Shown: positions 19,697 to 31,060 of the stretch, one piece after another
How the letters are laid out: each line of letters starts with the position of its first letter
Numbering within the stretch: position 1 is the first letter of the stretch
Assembly: GCA_965209035.1 (NCBI GenBank)
Contig: OZ242372.1
Span: 352,001-416,000 of the forward strand
DNA: 64,000 nt
DNA from: Gammaproteobacteria bacterium
GTDB lineage: Bacteria; Pseudomonadota; Gammaproteobacteria; CBDBNL01; JAAOII01
Direction of reading: 5' to 3'
Made by a program: the position numbers and the translations under genes
The notes under the pieces: generated by a model
Seen by the model: the letters and a program-made list of their open reading frames with translations, nothing else
Database searches by the model: none
Told to the model about the DNA's origin: nothing

Positions 19697-20776
19697 GTGG
19701 AAAGCCCGCAACTTGCAACAACAGCGACAGAAGCCGACAGCCGCCCGAAGATTCGGCAGCCGCTATCCGGCAACCCGTTCGGCAGAACACTTTACATTGA
19801 AGAGGCTATTGCCGCACATCCGGCCGTGCGACGGATCCGCGCACAATTTGGCAAGGAACCGGATGCGGTTGTTTATTGCGAGAACTACCGGGAAGTATTC
19901 AACCCGAGAAACAAGCACTTTCGTATGCGTAAGGAGGCACCCGCCTTACTCTTGGCACATAAGCCCAAGAGTTGGGTGCAACCCAGCCCTTACGGCATAG
20001 GCGGGCAGCATAACTACTATTTTTCGCATATCCTGAACTGCATTTACGATTGCCGGTATTGTTTTTTGCAAGGTCTTTACAGTTCCGCTATTTTGGTGCT
20101 GTTTGTTAATTACGAAGATTTTTTTGCCGACATAGACAAGACCCTTTGCCGGCATCCGCAGGAAGAAGTATCATTTTTCTCCGGCTATGATTCCGATTCC
20201 TTGGCATACGAGCCTGTCACGCATTTTGTCTCCGCATTTCTGCCTTTTTTTGAAAGCCGGCCGCGCGCCCTGCTGGAACTTCGCACCAAGAGTGTTCAGG
20301 TTCAACCTCTTCTTACAAGGAGTGCCATCGCGAACTGTGTGGTAGCCTTCAGTCTGGCGCCTCAATCCGTGGTCACCGCCTATGAAGCCAAGACCCCCTC
20401 TTTGGAGAAAAGACTGGAATCTATGGAAAAATTGGCGCAGGCGGGTTGGCAAATCGGTATTCGTTTGGATCCAATCATACCGATGACCGAATGGAAGAAT
20501 GACTATGCCGACCTGATCCGACAGTTGGGAAAGAGATTACCCGAACACCGGGTGCATTCGGTAACTCTGGGGACCTTGCGTTTTCCGATGTTCATTTACA
20601 AAAATATGCGCAAGATTTATCCGACCGAAAAATTGTTTGTTGAAAATATCGTAACCGACAAAAAACAACAGGCCGTTTTTGAACCGAAATTGGCACAAGA
20701 AATAACCGAATTTTGTCTGCACCATCTTGCCGATTACTACCCGGCGGAGAAAGTGATCCGAACGGATGGCGAATAG
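19697..20776 (+). CDS. Spore photoproduct lyase-family radical SAM protein
   Basis: CxxxCxxC (NCIYDCRYCFLQG), DSLAYE, LELRTKS and G.RLDPII. Confidence 0.85.
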   Translation: MESPQLATTATEADSRPKIRQPLSGNPFGRTLYIEEAIAAHPAVRRIRAQFGKEPDAVVYCENYREVFNPRNKHFRMRKEAPALLLAHKPKSWVQPSPYGIGGQHNYYFSHILNCIYDCRYCFLQGLYSSAILVLFVNYEDFFADIDKTLCRHPQEEVSFFSGYDSDSLAYEPVTHFVSAFLPFFESRPRALLELRTKSVQVQPLLTRSAIANCVVAFSLAPQSVVTAYEAKTPSLEKRLESMEKLAQAGWQIGIRLDPIIPMTEWKNDYADLIRQLGKRLPEHRVHSVTLGTLRFPMFIYKNMRKIYPTEKLFVENIVTDKKQQAVFEPKLAQEITEFCLHHLADYYPAEKVIRTDGE

Positions 20777-20799
20777 CGGGCTGTGATAAAATAGTTTCA

Positions 20800-21168
20800 A
20801 TGGCAAGAGCCCGCAAGTTACCAAGAGCCCGCAAGCAAACGAAGTCGTCTTACCGATTATGGAAAATTCTTGCCTCTCTTATTTTTTTTGCAGTCATAGT
20901 TTACAATCTTTATGGTATTTTTCGCGGCGACGAGAACTTATTATTACTCCTTAAATTACAAAAAGAAAGCGAGAACTTGCAGACTACCATTTCGCAATTG
21001 GAGCAAAACAACAAAGAATTAAAGAATTATATTCAAGAATTACGCAATAACCCGGATCTGATTGAAGAAGAAGTGCGTTCTCGCCTGAATCTTATCAAAG
21101 AAAACGAAGAACTTTTTGTTTTACCGGAAACTTCCAAAAACAAGAAAAACCTCCAAAAAACCAACTGA
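20800..21168 (+). CDS. ftsB: Cell division protein FtsB / septum formation initiator
   Basis: One TM helix, a coiled coil and IEEEVRSRLNLIKENE. Confidence 0.75.
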   Translation: MARARKLPRARKQTKSSYRLWKILASLIFFAVIVYNLYGIFRGDENLLLLLKLQKESENLQTTISQLEQNNKELKNYIQELRNNPDLIEEEVRSRLNLIKENEELFVLPETSKNKKNLQKTN

Positions 21169-21192
21169 ACACTCTGCCGATGGGCGGCAGGC

Positions 21193-21624
21193 TTACCTTT
21201 TCAGTCTTTCGCGAATACGTCGGATTGTTTTTAACTGTGCCAGAGATTCCGCCAGTCTTGTCTTTGCCAAGGCTGTTTCGTAATCCGCCAACTTCTCTTG
21301 ATCGGCAAGTGCCTCGGCTGCTTGACGGCGTGCTTCTTCGGCTGCCTTCATATCCAAACCCGTTTCGCGAACCGCCTCATCCGCAAGGATATGAATCCCG
21401 TCCGGCTTGACTTCAAGAAATCCGCCGCTAATGTAAAAGATCATCTCCTCGCCATCCAACTTGCGTAACTGAACGGGACCCGGCACCAACTCTGTCAGAA
21501 GCGGCGCATGCCCGGGTAAAATACCCAATTCGCCCTGCGTTCCTACGGCAACCAGGCTTTCTATTTCGCCTTGGTAGATTTCTTCGCGGACACTGGTGAT
21601 GAAGCACCGAAATTCTTTTTTCAT
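21193..21624 (-). CDS. atpC: F0F1 ATP synthase epsilon subunit
   Basis: GELGILPGHAPL, SGGFLEV and ILAD.A. Confidence 0.93.
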   Translation of the reverse strand: MKKEFRCFITSVREEIYQGEIESLVAVGTQGELGILPGHAPLLTELVPGPVQLRKLDGEEMIFYISGGFLEVKPDGIHILADEAVRETGLDMKAAEEARRQAAEALADQEKLADYETALAKTRLAESLAQLKTIRRIRERLKR

Positions 21625-21650
21625 TGAGGTTATTTTACAACAGATTAATT

Positions 21651-21685
21651 AAAAACGCCCGGCAAAACTAGGTTTTACCGGGCGT
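21651..21685 (-). terminator. Rho-independent terminator after groL
   Basis: Minus strand ACGCCCGGTAAAAC-CTA-GTTTTGCCGGGCGT followed by a T-run. Confidence 0.85.
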
Positions 21686-21705
21686 GGGATGGTAATGATT
21701 CTGTT

Positions 21706-23349
<1,644 letters not shown>

Positions 23350-23422
23350 TTAATTTCTCCTATGTATGAATGATTAATATTTTTTGTTTTTTTATTTTTT
23401 TAATGATGTTTTTGATAACGAT

Positions 23423-23713
23423 TTATTTGGTAATAACACCGTAAATATCGCTCTCGCTCATGATGAGGACTTCTTCCCCGTCTAACTTGAACGAATTGCC
23501 GGCATATTGACCAAACACTACCAGGTCACCCACTTTGATATCCATGGGTTGAACTTGGCCGTTATCCAATTTTTTGCCCTCGCCTACTGCGAGAACTTTC
23601 CCCTGTTGGGGTTTTTCCGTGGCACTATCGGGTATAACGATACCGCCACTGCTTTTAGTTTCCGCCTCTATGCGGCGAACAACTACTTTGTCTTGTAAGG
23701 GACGAACTTGCAT
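23423..23713 (-). CDS. groS: Co-chaperonin GroES
   Basis: [24 protein letters not shown]. Confidence 0.98.
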   Translation of the reverse strand: MQVRPLQDKVVVRRIEAETKSSGGIVIPDSATEKPQQGKVLAVGEGKKLDNGQVQPMDIKVGDLVVFGQYAGNSFKLDGEEVLIMSESDIYGVITK

Positions 23714-23773
23714 AAATTAAATTACTCCTGTGATTGATTTTTAAGTTGTAATAAAAGTTTCTAACTATGTAAT

Positions 23774-23806
23774 TAGTATAAGAAACCTACTGCGGTTTTT
23801 CAAGTC
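23774..23806 (-). promoter_or_regulatory. Possible sigma-32 promoter of groSL
   Basis: Minus strand CTTGAAA (-35-like) followed by a weak -10-like TTCTTATAC, about 60-90 bp upstream of groS. Confidence 0.35.
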
Positions 23807-23839
23807 CCTAACCGCTATTTTGTTCCGTTTTTTATTTTT

Positions 23840-26800
23840 TTACGGGTTACGGGAGGACTGTGCTTGCCATTGAGCCGCCGGGGTGTCCGGTGTGCAGGTA
23901 AGAACCGGATATTGCGAACTGTTGCCAAGGTTCCATGCTTGAATAAATCCTGTCTCCGCGGGAGGAGTTTGAAGCACCCGGAAGTCGCCTGTTTGCGGAT
24001 CACACCAAAAATTGCCCCAACTCTCATAAAGAGAGCCGCCAAATCCTGTGGCATTGTCCGGTTGACGCAGAGCCTCGGTGGACCTGCCCGCATCCCGATC
24101 ACCCGGAAAAGTATTGATGACAGTCCCCATGTTCACCTGATTATCCCAATAAGAATTGACAATCGCCGCCACCTCATCGGGACTCGCGGAAACTCCGACA
24201 AGACCGCCTCTGGTATGAGGCGACGCCGATGACATTGAAATCAATTCACCGGTAACCGCATAAGAAGCATTGATTGTGATCTTAGGATCCTCAAAGACAT
24301 CTCCCACAAGTCCGCCGCCTAAGGGCGGCGATGCGGAAGAAGTAAAGATCTGTCCGCTCTTTGCATAGGAAGCAAGAATATTAATGGGACCGGCAACGTA
24401 TCCTATCAATCCCCCCGCAGGACCATTAGTGGCAGAAACATTAATACTACCGATGTCCGCATAAGAACCTTCTATAGAACCCAGTTTCCCTTGGTTTACT
24501 TGTCCTACCAAGCCACCAACATTCCGTCCTCCTTTTAAAGACCCGCCGCGCGCATAAGAAGCCACAATGCTAACAATGTCAGACGCCAAAAGAGGGTCTC
24601 CTCCGGGATGTGGTCCGGCGGCAATGCCTATCAAACCGCCAAGGTTGTCATTGTTAAAGCTATGAATTGCGGACAATTCGCCGAAGTGAGCGGAAGAACG
24701 AACAATGCGAACACTCGTTTTACGGGCTCCCGAGGTAGAGCCGAGCAACCCGCCAACCCCACCTTGTCCTGTCGACAGGTTTCCTCCAACCCGAACATTG
24801 TCAATGTCCAAACTACCGGCATCCACATGCCCGACCAGCATTCCGACGGCACTCTTTGTAATGCCCGTGATACTTACATCTGTCAGACGCAAGTTCTTGA
24901 TCACGCTATCGGCAACCGCACCAAACAAGCCCGTGCCTTTAATGTCTCTTCCATTGATGTAAAGACCGGCAATCGTCTCCCCGTTGCCGTCAAATATTCC
25001 TGAAAACGAAGAACAAGAAGTAGTAGTAGAACAACCGCCTATCGGCTCCCACCCCACTCCGCCAGTCCAGCGCGGCATATTCGCACCCGCGTTCTCATAG
25101 GAAGCACTGCTCGCAAAATCCAAAGAACGCGTCAATTCATAGCCAACACAGCCGCCGACCATCGGGCAACCTTGTGATTTGTCAACCGTGAGATCCGGAT
25201 GACTTCCGTCATCTATACCGTCCCCATCGAGATCGTCATTGAGTGCGGCAAGTTCTTCCAAAGTATCAATTTCAATCAGACCGTTGCCGTTGTTATCCGA
25301 ATCAAAAGAGATCACACAGCCGTCGCCGTCCATATCCACCACCTCACTGTGCCGCCGTCTCTCCCCTACTCCCCCGGTCCCTCTTATACCGTTCGGGCAG
25401 GCATCACACAGATTTCCCAAACTGTCCGAGTCCATATCCGCCTGATCATTATTCGGAACCAATGGGCAATTATCTTCGCTATCCAGCCAGCCGTCATTGT
25501 CATCGTTATTGTCACACACATCGCCGCCGTCCGTCAACCCGTCCGCATTGGCTTGAGTCGGGTTGAATACGAACTGACAGTTGTCCCGCGTATCCGGGAT
25601 TTCGTCATTATCATCGTCATCGTCACAGGCATCGCCCAAAGCATCTCCGTCCGTATTTATCTGATCATTCACAATCAACGGGCAATTGTCTGTGCTATCC
25701 GACCGGCCGTCGTTATCATCGTCCCCGTCACACGCATCGCCCATCCCATCGCCGTCCGTATCTGTTTGATCATTATTTATAACCAACCGGCAATTGTCGT
25801 CGCCATCCAACCGTTCGTCATTATCATCGTTATCATCACATACATCGCCCTCGCCGTCTCGGTCGGTATTCCTTTGATCCCGATTCGCAATCGCCCGACA
25901 ATTGTCCGCAGTATCCGGCCGGCCGTCATCGTCGTCATCATCATCATCTATGTCCGCCAGTTCGTCTCCGTCGGTATTACGTCCCGGGGCCCGTTCCAAT
26001 CCGGCGGGCGGAGACACAGTTCCGTCCTCATAAATGGCGATGACCTCAAACTCATGCACCACATCATTCGTCAGGCCTTCAATGCTGTGAGAGACCCGGG
26101 CAAACGCAGCGGTATTGTCCGGGGTCGGGGTGCCGGCGACGGGGACCACCGCACGTCGTGTCCTGTTATTTATATGCTCCCAGGTGATATTAAATGAAGC
26201 AATATCCCGCCTGTTCGGATTATCCCAACTCAGCAACATACTGCCCATGCCCGGTATCCCGTTCAATTGACTAATAGAAGTATACCTATCGCCTCCCTTT
26301 GCCCATTGATGCGCCGGGGTGTCCGGCGTGCAGGCGAGTACGGGATAGAGCGCCTCGCTTCCAAAATTCCATGCCCGAACAAAACGCGCATCCGGCGGGG
26401 CAGTTTGAGTTACCAAAAAATCGCCTGTTTGCGGATCACACCAGTAGTCCGCCCAGTTTGCATAAATGCCCGCAAAACCGGATCGATTGTTCGGACGCCG
26501 CAAATCATCGGCAGACCTGCCCGCCTCCGCTTGAAAAATATTCTCCGGGGCCACACTGCTGAATAAACTCTGATTATCCCAGTAGGAGTCGCCAATGTTA
26601 ATGTCCGCATTCGTGCCGGCAATACTCACCAAGCCCGCTTTGGCAACCTGTGCGGATCGCAAGCGTCCAAATGTCGCATAAGACGCATTGACCCGTGCCA
26701 CAGAATCGTCAAAGACCCCCGCAAACCCATGCACACTGCCTCCCTTCGCATCAACTTGTCCTATTTTGGCGTATGAAGCCTCAATACGAACATTCCGCAC

Positions 26801-29464
26801 TTTCGTGCCCAGCAATCCGCCGGCACCAAAACTGCGGTCGGTGCCGGCCGAGTTTGAAGTAATAATGTCAATGTTCGCATAAGATGACTTTACGATCACC
26901 GGAACGCGCGCCCCTTGTCTTGCATCCGTTCCGCCTATAAGACCGCCACTGCCACTGTGCCGGCTGGTCGTGGAAGTGGAAGCCACGGACTCCCCTCTTG
27001 CATAGGAAGAAATGATCCGAATACTCTTGCGCGACTGCGCTTCCGCAGGCCGTAAGAATCCATTAAAGCCAATTAATCCGCCCGCATAGTTAAAAGATTT
27101 GATCTGCCCAAATTCTGCGGAAGAATGCTTAATGATCACCTCGGCATCCAACGCGGAGACACCGCCTACCAACCCGCCGGCGTATTCCAGTCGCGAAGAA
27201 ACATTTCCGAAAACACGGACATTGTCAATCTCCAACCGGCCGGATCCTACCTCGCCGACCAGCATGGCCGCATATGCGCTGGCTCCTTGAATACTGACAT
27301 CCGTCAGTTGCAGATTCTTGAACACACTATTGCTAGCCGAGGCGAACAAGGCACCGCAACCCAAAACTCTGCATCCTTCTCCCACATACAAGCCGGCAAT
27401 AGTATACCCATTGCCGTTAAATTCTCCGGTAAATGAATTGCAACTAATAATTTGCGTGGTGGAAATGAACGGGAAGCACTCGCCAATGGAGCTCCAACCA
27501 CTCCCGCTTATCCAACCGTCTTTATTTTCACTCGCATTCAAATAAGAAGTATCATCATTAAAATCCAACGATCTTGTCAGTTCATAGCCGTGACAACCGT
27601 CGCCGGACGGGCAGCCGGCGGAGCCTTTGGGGATGAATTTCGAAACTCTTCCTTCGTCTATACCGTTCGCATCCAGATCATTATTGAGTGCGGCAAGTTC
27701 TTCCAGGTAACTAATTTCTATCAAGCCGTTATTATCGTAATCCGAATCATTTGCATTCACACAACCGTCGCCGTCCATATCCGTCGTCGTATCGTGCGGC
27801 CCCCTCGCCCCGTTCGGGCAAGGATCACACAGATCGCCAAAAGTGTCTCCGTCGATGTCTGACTGATTATTTGCAATGAGCGGGCAGTTATCGGCCGTAT
27901 CCAAGGTATTGTCATTATCATCATCATCGTCACAGGCATCACCGCCGTCTGTCACATTGCCGTCCGTATTATTTTGATCCGGATTGACAACCGTCCGGCA
28001 GTTATCCAGCACCATACCGTTGTTATCAAAGTCATTCACACCGTCATTATCATCATCATCATCGCAGGCATTGCCACCGTCTGTCACATTGCCATCCGTA
28101 TTAATTTGCTCCGGATTGGCAACTGTCCGGCAGTTATCCCTCACCATACCGTCGTTATCAAAGTCATTCACGCCATCATTATCATCATCCGGATCATTGG
28201 CATCCGAAAGACGATCCCCGTCCGTATTAAAGCCGGGCACCCTTTCAACTAGCAACGTGGAAGAACTGTTGCCGTTCGTATAAAACACTGTCACGGAAAA
28301 CGCATAGTTGGTTTCGTCTTTTAATGCATTAACCCGGTAAGTCACTGCGGCAAGGGCGGAAATATTAACCCGGTCTCCCGCAAGAGGGATAGATCCTCCA
28401 AAGAGAGGGTTCAGGATTTCGTCCCAATAGATACGAAAACCGATAATATTGTCACTGTCCGGATTGATCCAATTCAACAGCATTCCGTTTGCCACCGGAA
28501 AAGCCGTAAGGTTTGTGATACCGGGCAGGGCTGTCGCACCATCACCGCCGCCTGTATCTCCGCCGCCCGCATCGCCGCCTGTATCTCCGCCACCCGCATC
28601 GCCGCCTGTATCTCCGCCGCCCGCATCGCCGCCTGTATCTCCGCCACCCGCATCGCCGCCGTTATCTCCGCCGCCCGCATCGCCGCCGTTATCACCGCCA
28701 CCCGCATCGCCGCCCGGAACCTCTTCAACTCGCGATGAAGCGGAACTGTTCCCATTCGCATAGGAAACCAACACAGAAAATACGTAGTTGGTCCCGTTTC
28801 GTAACTCATCCACCGGGTAGGAAACCGCGGCAAGCGATGAGAGATTGACTTGCCCTTCCCCCAAAGGAATCAGCATCTCTGAGGCAAGATTCGCGGTTTC
28901 TTGCCAAATGATATAGAAACCGGTAATACTGTCACTGGCCGGGTTGGTCCAATTCAACAGCACTCCGTCTGCCACCGGAAAAGCCATAAGGTTTGTGATA
29001 CCAGGCAGAGCACCTCCGTCGCTACCGCCGTTATCATCGCCGGCCGGATCCCCCGGAACTCGCGATGAAACAGAACTGCTCCCGTCCGCATAGAAGATCG
29101 TCACGGAAAACGCGTAGTTGATCCCGTTTCGTAACCCACTCACCGGGTAGGAAACCGCGGCAAGCGATGAGAGATTGACCTGTCCTTCCATCAGAGAGAT
29201 CAGTCCCCTTGAGACAGGATTCTCGATTTCTTGCCAAATGATATTGAAACCGGTAATAATATTGTCACTGTCCGGGTTGATCCAATTCAACAGCACTCCG
29301 TTTGCCGCCGGAGAAGCCGTAAAGTCTGTGATACCGGGCAGGGCATCTCTGTTGCCACTGCTATTACCGCCTCCGTCACCACAACCAACAATAGCGGAAA
29401 AAACTAAGAGCATCAAAAAACGATATCCCCACAATAAATGCTTAAGAATCACTTTAAATATCAT
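23840..29464 (-). CDS. Large surface lipoprotein: Fn3-like repeats, thrombospondin type-3 (Ca-binding) repeats and two GLUG/beta-helix-like modules
   Basis: Lipobox IVGC plus Gly linker; several LLNW.NP...F.I.W...Y.FSV units; many DxDxDGxGDACD/DNC repeats; two NGLIEI...GCP..GYEL...GGL.G...WCDPQTG...YPVL.C modules. Confidence 0.85.
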   Translation of the reverse strand: MIFKVILKHLLWGYRFLMLLVFSAIVGCGDGGGNSSGNRDALPGITDFTASPAANGVLLNWINPDSDNIITGFNIIWQEIENPVSRGLISLMEGQVNLSSLAAVSYPVSGLRNGINYAFSVTIFYADGSSSVSSRVPGDPAGDDNGGSDGGALPGITNLMAFPVADGVLLNWTNPASDSITGFYIIWQETANLASEMLIPLGEGQVNLSSLAAVSYPVDELRNGTNYVFSVLVSYANGNSSASSRVEEVPGGDAGGGDNGGDAGGGDNGGDAGGGDTGGDAGGGDTGGDAGGGDTGGDAGGGDTGGGDGATALPGITNLTAFPVANGMLLNWINPDSDNIIGFRIYWDEILNPLFGGSIPLAGDRVNISALAAVTYRVNALKDETNYAFSVTVFYTNGNSSSTLLVERVPGFNTDGDRLSDANDPDDDNDGVNDFDNDGMVRDNCRTVANPEQINTDGNVTDGGNACDDDDDNDGVNDFDNNGMVLDNCRTVVNPDQNNTDGNVTDGGDACDDDDDNDNTLDTADNCPLIANNQSDIDGDTFGDLCDPCPNGARGPHDTTTDMDGDGCVNANDSDYDNNGLIEISYLEELAALNNDLDANGIDEGRVSKFIPKGSAGCPSGDGCHGYELTRSLDFNDDTSYLNASENKDGWISGSGWSSIGECFPFISTTQIISCNSFTGEFNGNGYTIAGLYVGEGCRVLGCGALFASASNSVFKNLQLTDVSIQGASAYAAMLVGEVGSGRLEIDNVRVFGNVSSRLEYAGGLVGGVSALDAEVIIKHSSAEFGQIKSFNYAGGLIGFNGFLRPAEAQSRKSIRIISSYARGESVASTSTTSRHSGSGGLIGGTDARQGARVPVIVKSSYANIDIITSNSAGTDRSFGAGGLLGTKVRNVRIEASYAKIGQVDAKGGSVHGFAGVFDDSVARVNASYATFGRLRSAQVAKAGLVSIAGTNADINIGDSYWDNQSLFSSVAPENIFQAEAGRSADDLRRPNNRSGFAGIYANWADYWCDPQTGDFLVTQTAPPDARFVRAWNFGSEALYPVLACTPDTPAHQWAKGGDRYTSISQLNGIPGMGSMLLSWDNPNRRDIASFNITWEHINNRTRRAVVPVAGTPTPDNTAAFARVSHSIEGLTNDVVHEFEVIAIYEDGTVSPPAGLERAPGRNTDGDELADIDDDDDDDDGRPDTADNCRAIANRDQRNTDRDGEGDVCDDNDDNDERLDGDDNCRLVINNDQTDTDGDGMGDACDGDDDNDGRSDSTDNCPLIVNDQINTDGDALGDACDDDDDNDEIPDTRDNCQFVFNPTQANADGLTDGGDVCDNNDDNDGWLDSEDNCPLVPNNDQADMDSDSLGNLCDACPNGIRGTGGVGERRRHSEVVDMDGDGCVISFDSDNNGNGLIEIDTLEELAALNDDLDGDGIDDGSHPDLTVDKSQGCPMVGGCVGYELTRSLDFASSASYENAGANMPRWTGGVGWEPIGGCSTTTSCSSFSGIFDGNGETIAGLYINGRDIKGTGLFGAVADSVIKNLRLTDVSITGITKSAVGMLVGHVDAGSLDIDNVRVGGNLSTGQGGVGGLLGSTSGARKTSVRIVRSSAHFGELSAIHSFNNDNLGGLIGIAAGPHPGGDPLLASDIVSIVASYARGGSLKGGRNVGGLVGQVNQGKLGSIEGSYADIGSINVSATNGPAGGLIGYVAGPINILASYAKSGQIFTSSASPPLGGGLVGDVFEDPKITINASYAVTGELISMSSASPHTRGGLVGVSASPDEVAAIVNSYWDNQVNMGTVINTFPGDRDAGRSTEALRQPDNATGFGGSLYESWGNFWCDPQTGDFRVLQTPPAETGFIQAWNLGNSSQYPVLTCTPDTPAAQWQAQSSRNP
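28552..28714. repeat. 27-bp coding tandem repeat (GGDAGGGD[N/T]) x6
   Basis: Visible in both the DNA and the protein. Confidence 0.9.
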
Positions 29465-29588
29465 AACAATTCATTAATAAATTGGGGCAAGACCGGATGA
29501 TGCAAAATCAAAACAGATGTTTGAAGTCTCCGGGAACCCGCCTTATTTTATTGCTCGGTCTCATTTGTCTTATTTTACCTTATTTTAT

Positions 29589-29625
29589 TCATTTTTTTCA
29601 TTTTTTTCATTTTTTTCATTTTTTT
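29589..29625. repeat. 9-bp tandem repeat TCATTTTTT, about 4 copies
   Basis: Directly visible. Confidence 0.8.
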
Positions 29626-29992
29626 ATGATCCCGCCCCTTTCCGGACTTTCGTTGTTTTTGCAAGAATTGAATTGACGAGAGTTGTTTGCGAGCATCATG
29701 GGGACGCTCTAGATGATACCAAGCCAACTGTATCATCCCGCCCATTTCCGGACCTCTGTTGTTTTTGCAAGAATTGAATTGACGAGAGTTGTTTGAGAGC
29801 ATCATGGGGACGCTCTAGATGATACCAAGCCAACTGTATCATCCCGCCCATTTCCGGACCTCTGTTGTTTTTGCCGGAATTGAATTGACGAGAGTTGTTT
29901 GAGAGCATCATGGGGACGTCCCGGATGATACCAAGCCAGCCATGCAGTCATGCGATGAACTTGGCGTTGACGCCGGAATATCTTAAACAGGA
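29623..29992 (-). mobile_element. IS481-family right-end remnant amplified as three 106-bp tandem copies
   Basis: Units start at 29623, 29729 and 29835. The reverse complement matches 59083-59188 and encodes LAWYHLERPHDALKQLSSIQFLQKQQ versus transposase LAWYNLERPHYALKQLSPIQFLQKQQ. Confidence 0.9.
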
Positions 29993-30028
29993 ACAGTGTA
30001 AACGCCTTCCTCTCATTTCCGCAGCTCC

Positions 30029-30134
30029 AATGCGCATCTTTTTTAATGCGCAGCTTTTTTAATGCGCATCTTTTTTAATGCGCAGCTTTTTTAATGCGCA
30101 TCTTTTTTAATGCGCAGCTTTTTTAATGCGCAGC
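30029..30134. repeat. 16-bp tandem repeat AATGCGCAKCTTTTTT, about 6.6 copies; the six full units alternate (32-bp higher-order unit)
   Basis: Directly visible. Confidence 0.93.
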
Positions 30135-30280
30135 CCGGCCGCCCTCACAGACCACACAGTCTCGCCGGCGGACACACCCAAATAGTTTCATTAACAACAA
30201 GTTTCCGCTGTCTGAGTCGGCAAGAGCAAAACAGTTCTCCATCTTTCTTGCCCGTTTCATGTCAAGTCTACAATTCCCTT

Positions 30281-30979
30281 TCATTTTTTTGCGATGCTCT
30301 TTTGAATGTCATATAAGACCTGCCGGGGGTCCTTCGCCAGCATCACAGGTCTGCCGATGACCAGATGATCGGCGCCGGCTTTTATGGCTTGCCGGGCGGT
30401 TGCCGTCCGTTGCTGGTCGTCATTGCCGGCATTACCATCATTGCCGGACCGGTTGCGAATACCCGGAGTGACCAAAATGAATTCTTCGCCAAATTCTTTT
30501 CGCAACAGAGCGGCTTCGCATGCCGAAGCGACCAGACCATCACAACCGAGACGCAAAGCGGACTCCGCCCGACGCAATACCACCCGCTCCGCATCTTCAT
30601 TTTGTTGCACGCTGGTAAGCAGAGTGACCGCAAGAATTTTGGGAGTATCCTCTTGCCGGCCCGCCAATGCCCCCGCGGCGGCATCCGCATGCACCGTGGC
30701 ATAGTCTATCCCCCGACCGCGCAGTTGGCGCATCGCCCTTTCGGTTGTTTGCGGAATGTCGTGAAACTTAAGATCCAACATCACCTTGTGTCCCAGCCGC
30801 TTAATATCTTCCGTCGCAGCCCAGCCTGCCGCCAAGAAGAGTTCCAAACCCACCTTGTAGAAACCGCACAGAGGCGACAAAAGAGAAAGAAGTTCGGTCA
30901 GCGGTTCCCGGCTTGGCAGATCCAATGCCAGGATAATGCGTTCTTGAAGCGGGACAACTCTTTTCATATCCCTTTTCAT
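30281..30979 (-). CDS. pyrF: Orotidine-5'-phosphate decarboxylase
   Basis: ILALD, YKVG, DLKFHDIP.T, VTPGIR and DDQQR. Confidence 0.95.
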   Translation of the reverse strand: MKRDMKRVVPLQERIILALDLPSREPLTELLSLLSPLCGFYKVGLELFLAAGWAATEDIKRLGHKVMLDLKFHDIPQTTERAMRQLRGRGIDYATVHADAAAGALAGRQEDTPKILAVTLLTSVQQNEDAERVVLRRAESALRLGCDGLVASACEAALLRKEFGEEFILVTPGIRNRSGNDGNAGNDDQQRTATARQAIKAGADHLVIGRPVMLAKDPRQVLYDIQKSIAKK

Positions 30980-31060
30980 ATTCTCATACCCTTAATTAGG
31001 ATTCGGGTTCGGGTTAACAAAGGACGAGACAACAATACAAAGGAAGCTGTTTTCATCTTT

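Noticed and set aside
29623-29940. 106-bp repeats as a CRISPR array
   Set aside because: There are no unique spacers, the units are contiguous and match the IS481 3' end, and no cas genes are present.
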